From assembly GCA_965649765.1 (NCBI GenBank), contig OZ287755.1, positions 29,326,001 through 29,390,000 on the forward strand: DNA of 64,000 nucleotides, read 5' to 3'. The notes beneath the pieces were generated by a model. The model worked only from the letters and a program-made list of their open reading frames with translations. It was not told the origin of the DNA and searched no databases. Origin of the DNA: Bispira polyomma (Eukaryota). The translations under genes were made by a program, and so were the position numbers. Positions within the stretch are counted from its first letter, which is position 1; each line of letters opens with the position of its first letter. Shown one piece after another: positions 60,901-64,000 of the stretch.

Positions 60901-63900
60901 GGTAAGCGCTAGACTCACTCATATGTATAAGATTCCCTAAAGCATACTCACTAAGGCTCACAGCAGGCTCACAGATGGATTTCATCAATGTATGCGGTGA
61001 TATGTATTTACCTTCTGGGCATCTCCTACGGGTGAAAATTGGGTTACATGTATGTTGTGAGAGTGTTGTGAGTTTATTGCGTATGACTAGGTATCAGCAT
61101 GATACCCCCTGCTGGGCGGCACGTATTGCAGTATTTTAATTTTTTTCTAATTTTTTACAATGGCCATGAAAATGTACGCTTACCCAGAATTTCAGATGGA
61201 AATCATTGTAGTTACCATTTTTAGTCCAGGGATCTCTTTGCAACTGGATAATTGTCATAGACGCACAAAGATCTTTTTCCTAACTCACTATAGTGGGAGC
61301 CCCACATAAGGTAGTATTGGATGTCCAAATTTGTCCTGAAGCAGGGAACCACAATTCTCTGTATTGCCCGTTTTGTTATTTATTTAATACATTGCAAAAA
61401 ATTTTCTGAAATACTCAGACATGTTAAAATCCATAATAGAATACCATACAAAAACTTATACTGTGACTTGTAAAAATCACTGATATTTGTGGCAAACCTT
61501 GTAATGCTGCTTACAATTTCCCAGGTGAAGCTATCAGATGCTTAGACTTGCTTACAAGTCTTTACTGTTGATGAAACACTGCATGACTGCATTTCACACA
61601 GTTCCCACTCTGTTCAAAAGGTGTCAGCACTGGTGTTTTTTTTAATTGGCAGCTACTTCATTTTATTCTAAAAGTAAAGACTTGTGTCAGCCAAGGGCTA
61701 GCAATTGCTAAGATTTTTATAGCAGGAGTAGAGTGCATCTTTTCAATACTACTGCTTCAACATAAATACCCTTGCTTACACTGTGTGTGTGTGGATTTAT
61801 ACAGCAGGTCATTTGAGCTGTACATCTTTTCTGCTGCTCCACTTATAAACCCCACTATTTACCAATCCCTGTGTGTTGATTATACTGTATGGGCCAGCTG
61901 AGCTCTACTTATTTACATATTTTAATCATTCAAAAACAATTTTATATAGAGTGGGCTTTAGTAGAAGCATACAACTTGATTGTTTGACATATTAAAATTT
62001 TTGTTTGAATTATTAAAATTATAATACATGTATACATATTATCAGCATACTTGTCTAAGCATTTTGATTTATTTGACTTTGTCATTTCCTTACTAACTGA
62101 ATTATGTATTTTTTACTACACTCACATGGAACATACAGTCGTTTTCCAGTAACATCTCCTAATATCATTCATGTGTATTACTAAGAAATTGGTCATTTTT
62201 TCTGTCACCTGCAGAGATTAAAAACTATTTCATTCAAAAAGCACTCCAGTAAAAATACCAGTTAAAATATGCTTTTAGTTAAGTCCTGTAACATCTGTAG
62301 AAATATGTTTAATTTGTGAAAAAACATAGATGTAAAAACTGGATACTGATTGTACGAGCCATCTCAATTAAAAACAAAGACTGAAATTTGCAGGTTATGC
62401 ACAGGTCCCACTGTGGCAACTTTTGATCGTGAATGCTGGCAAACACAAAATTTGTCCTAGTTGGTTGTCAATTCTTCATGATTTTTCCATAACAAATTCC
62501 CCATCCATTGAAGCGTATTATTTGACTCTTGTGGTAGATTTGACTCTGGCACCGTAATTTATTACCGGAAAGTCGCCAACATAAAAAATGAAAATTCTCC
62601 ACCATTCCCCAACATAGTCACATAACAATGTGGGACCCAGGTATGAGTTGAAAGTTTGAAAAAGTAACAAAATATTTAAAATTCATTGTAATTTTTATGG
62701 GCATTGGGTGATACAATCCACTGTATCAGCTGATACAGTCCATTGTATCAGCTGCTTATGTCAGCTTATGTCCATCAAATTCTCAATTATTCTCAATTGA
62801 ATACTAATAGCACCCTCTTATAGATGTGCCATTGATGTACATATACAATAGTTTTGGCCCTGTCACCTGGGTGTGTATTGTTTTACTGATTTGTTGACTT
62901 ACACAAATGATTTTTTAGCTAAAGTATTCTTTGTAGAGGTTCAACCTAACTGGGGTCATTGTGAAACAGCACCACAGGTTCATTTTAGAACTTGAGTCAG
63001 CAAGTTATTAAAATTTAATGTCACCATGCTCAATTGAAAAAGTTATATTGAAAACAAATGGCAAAAAGTTTAAGTGAGCAATATCGCATAACTTATGTAC
63101 CGTAAATTTGTATGTCTTCAGGAGAAAACTATGATTGTACAGGTATGTTATATGTGTATTTTACAAATGGAAAAAAATGCATCCTGCGAGATGTCACATA
63201 TTGTTAAAACCACAGTATGAGTTTTACAATTTCTTTGCTTAGCTGATGGCTAAGTTATTGTCTTACATGGGGAATAAACTAAATTATGAAATAGATTTAA
63301 AAATTTGATTTTCATATTTACAAACATAACTCCAGTTATTGATTGGGTGTCAACTATTTTAAACCGGACCAATGGTCAATACGCAATAATTTGGTGAAAA
63401 TTTGTCGAGTAGTTTGGTTTGTAGCAAGGCTCAGACAAAATATATGGAAAAAGTCGATTTAAAGATTTTGCCAACAATAACAATTTTCAGTGGATCCTGC
63501 CTAGAACCTAGTCAGATCTAGGTCTCACAGGGGTACACATTTTTCACAAACTTGGTGAAAATACGTCAAGGGGTTTGGCGACACATGCTGTTGTTCAAAC
63601 GGCGCTGCTGATGACAATAACCCTAGATGTTAATTAGTTGGGGTGTAAGCTCTACTTGGTTGAGCCTTCTTATACCATCCTACAAAATATTATCTCAGTA
63701 AGGATAGTGTTATTTACAAAAAAGCAATTCCAATTGTTTTAGTTGAAAATAACCTATCATATTACAAGCTTCAACCAACTGATACACAACAAGAAAAACA
63801 CAATGCTACATCATAGTTTGAAAGTGAATCACAAGGTCAACAAGATCAAAGTTTTGTATTGTCTCTGCAATAGGGAAAAGCCATGTATGAATAGTAATTC

Positions 63901-64000
63901 CACATCTATGTGCACTTTTAAATCAAAATAAATCATGTATAACAATGTGGATATTATGCATAGTCCTACACCGTAATTAAATGCTACTCATGACATTTGG

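Overview
AT-rich, intron- and repeat-rich animal genomic DNA. The SINE types and TRIM sequence suggest a lophotrochozoan, probably a mollusc (inference). Two spliced + strand genes could be rebuilt by hand. (1) A TRIM/RBCC E3 ligase gene (coding exons 18557-18783, 19659-20666, 21496-21691, 24294-24596; about 577 aa) with RING, two B-boxes, coiled coil and a disordered tail carrying LC8-type and FFAT-type motifs. Its last exon overlaps a 3.3 kb ORF in the +1 frame (open 24427-27744) made of TKQPVQQQQV repeats and ending in a polybasic CaaX box (CVTM). (2) A 161 aa Ly6/uPAR (three-finger, quiver/sleepless-like) GPI-anchored protein gene in five small exons (38528-50710) that the ORF track misses; its promoter/exon 1 region is locally duplicated. 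Two decayed tyrosine-recombinase retrotransposons (DIRS order, Ngaro-like gag-RT/RNaseH-YR order; about 32.9-37.5 kb and 54.6-59.9 kb) both carry a phase-1 splice donor in gag and a phase-1 acceptor just before YR, suggesting a spliced gag-YR mRNA. The rest is tRNA-derived SINEs, LINE fragments, MITEs, satellites and palindromes. All calls come from manual reading; repeat boundaries are approximate.
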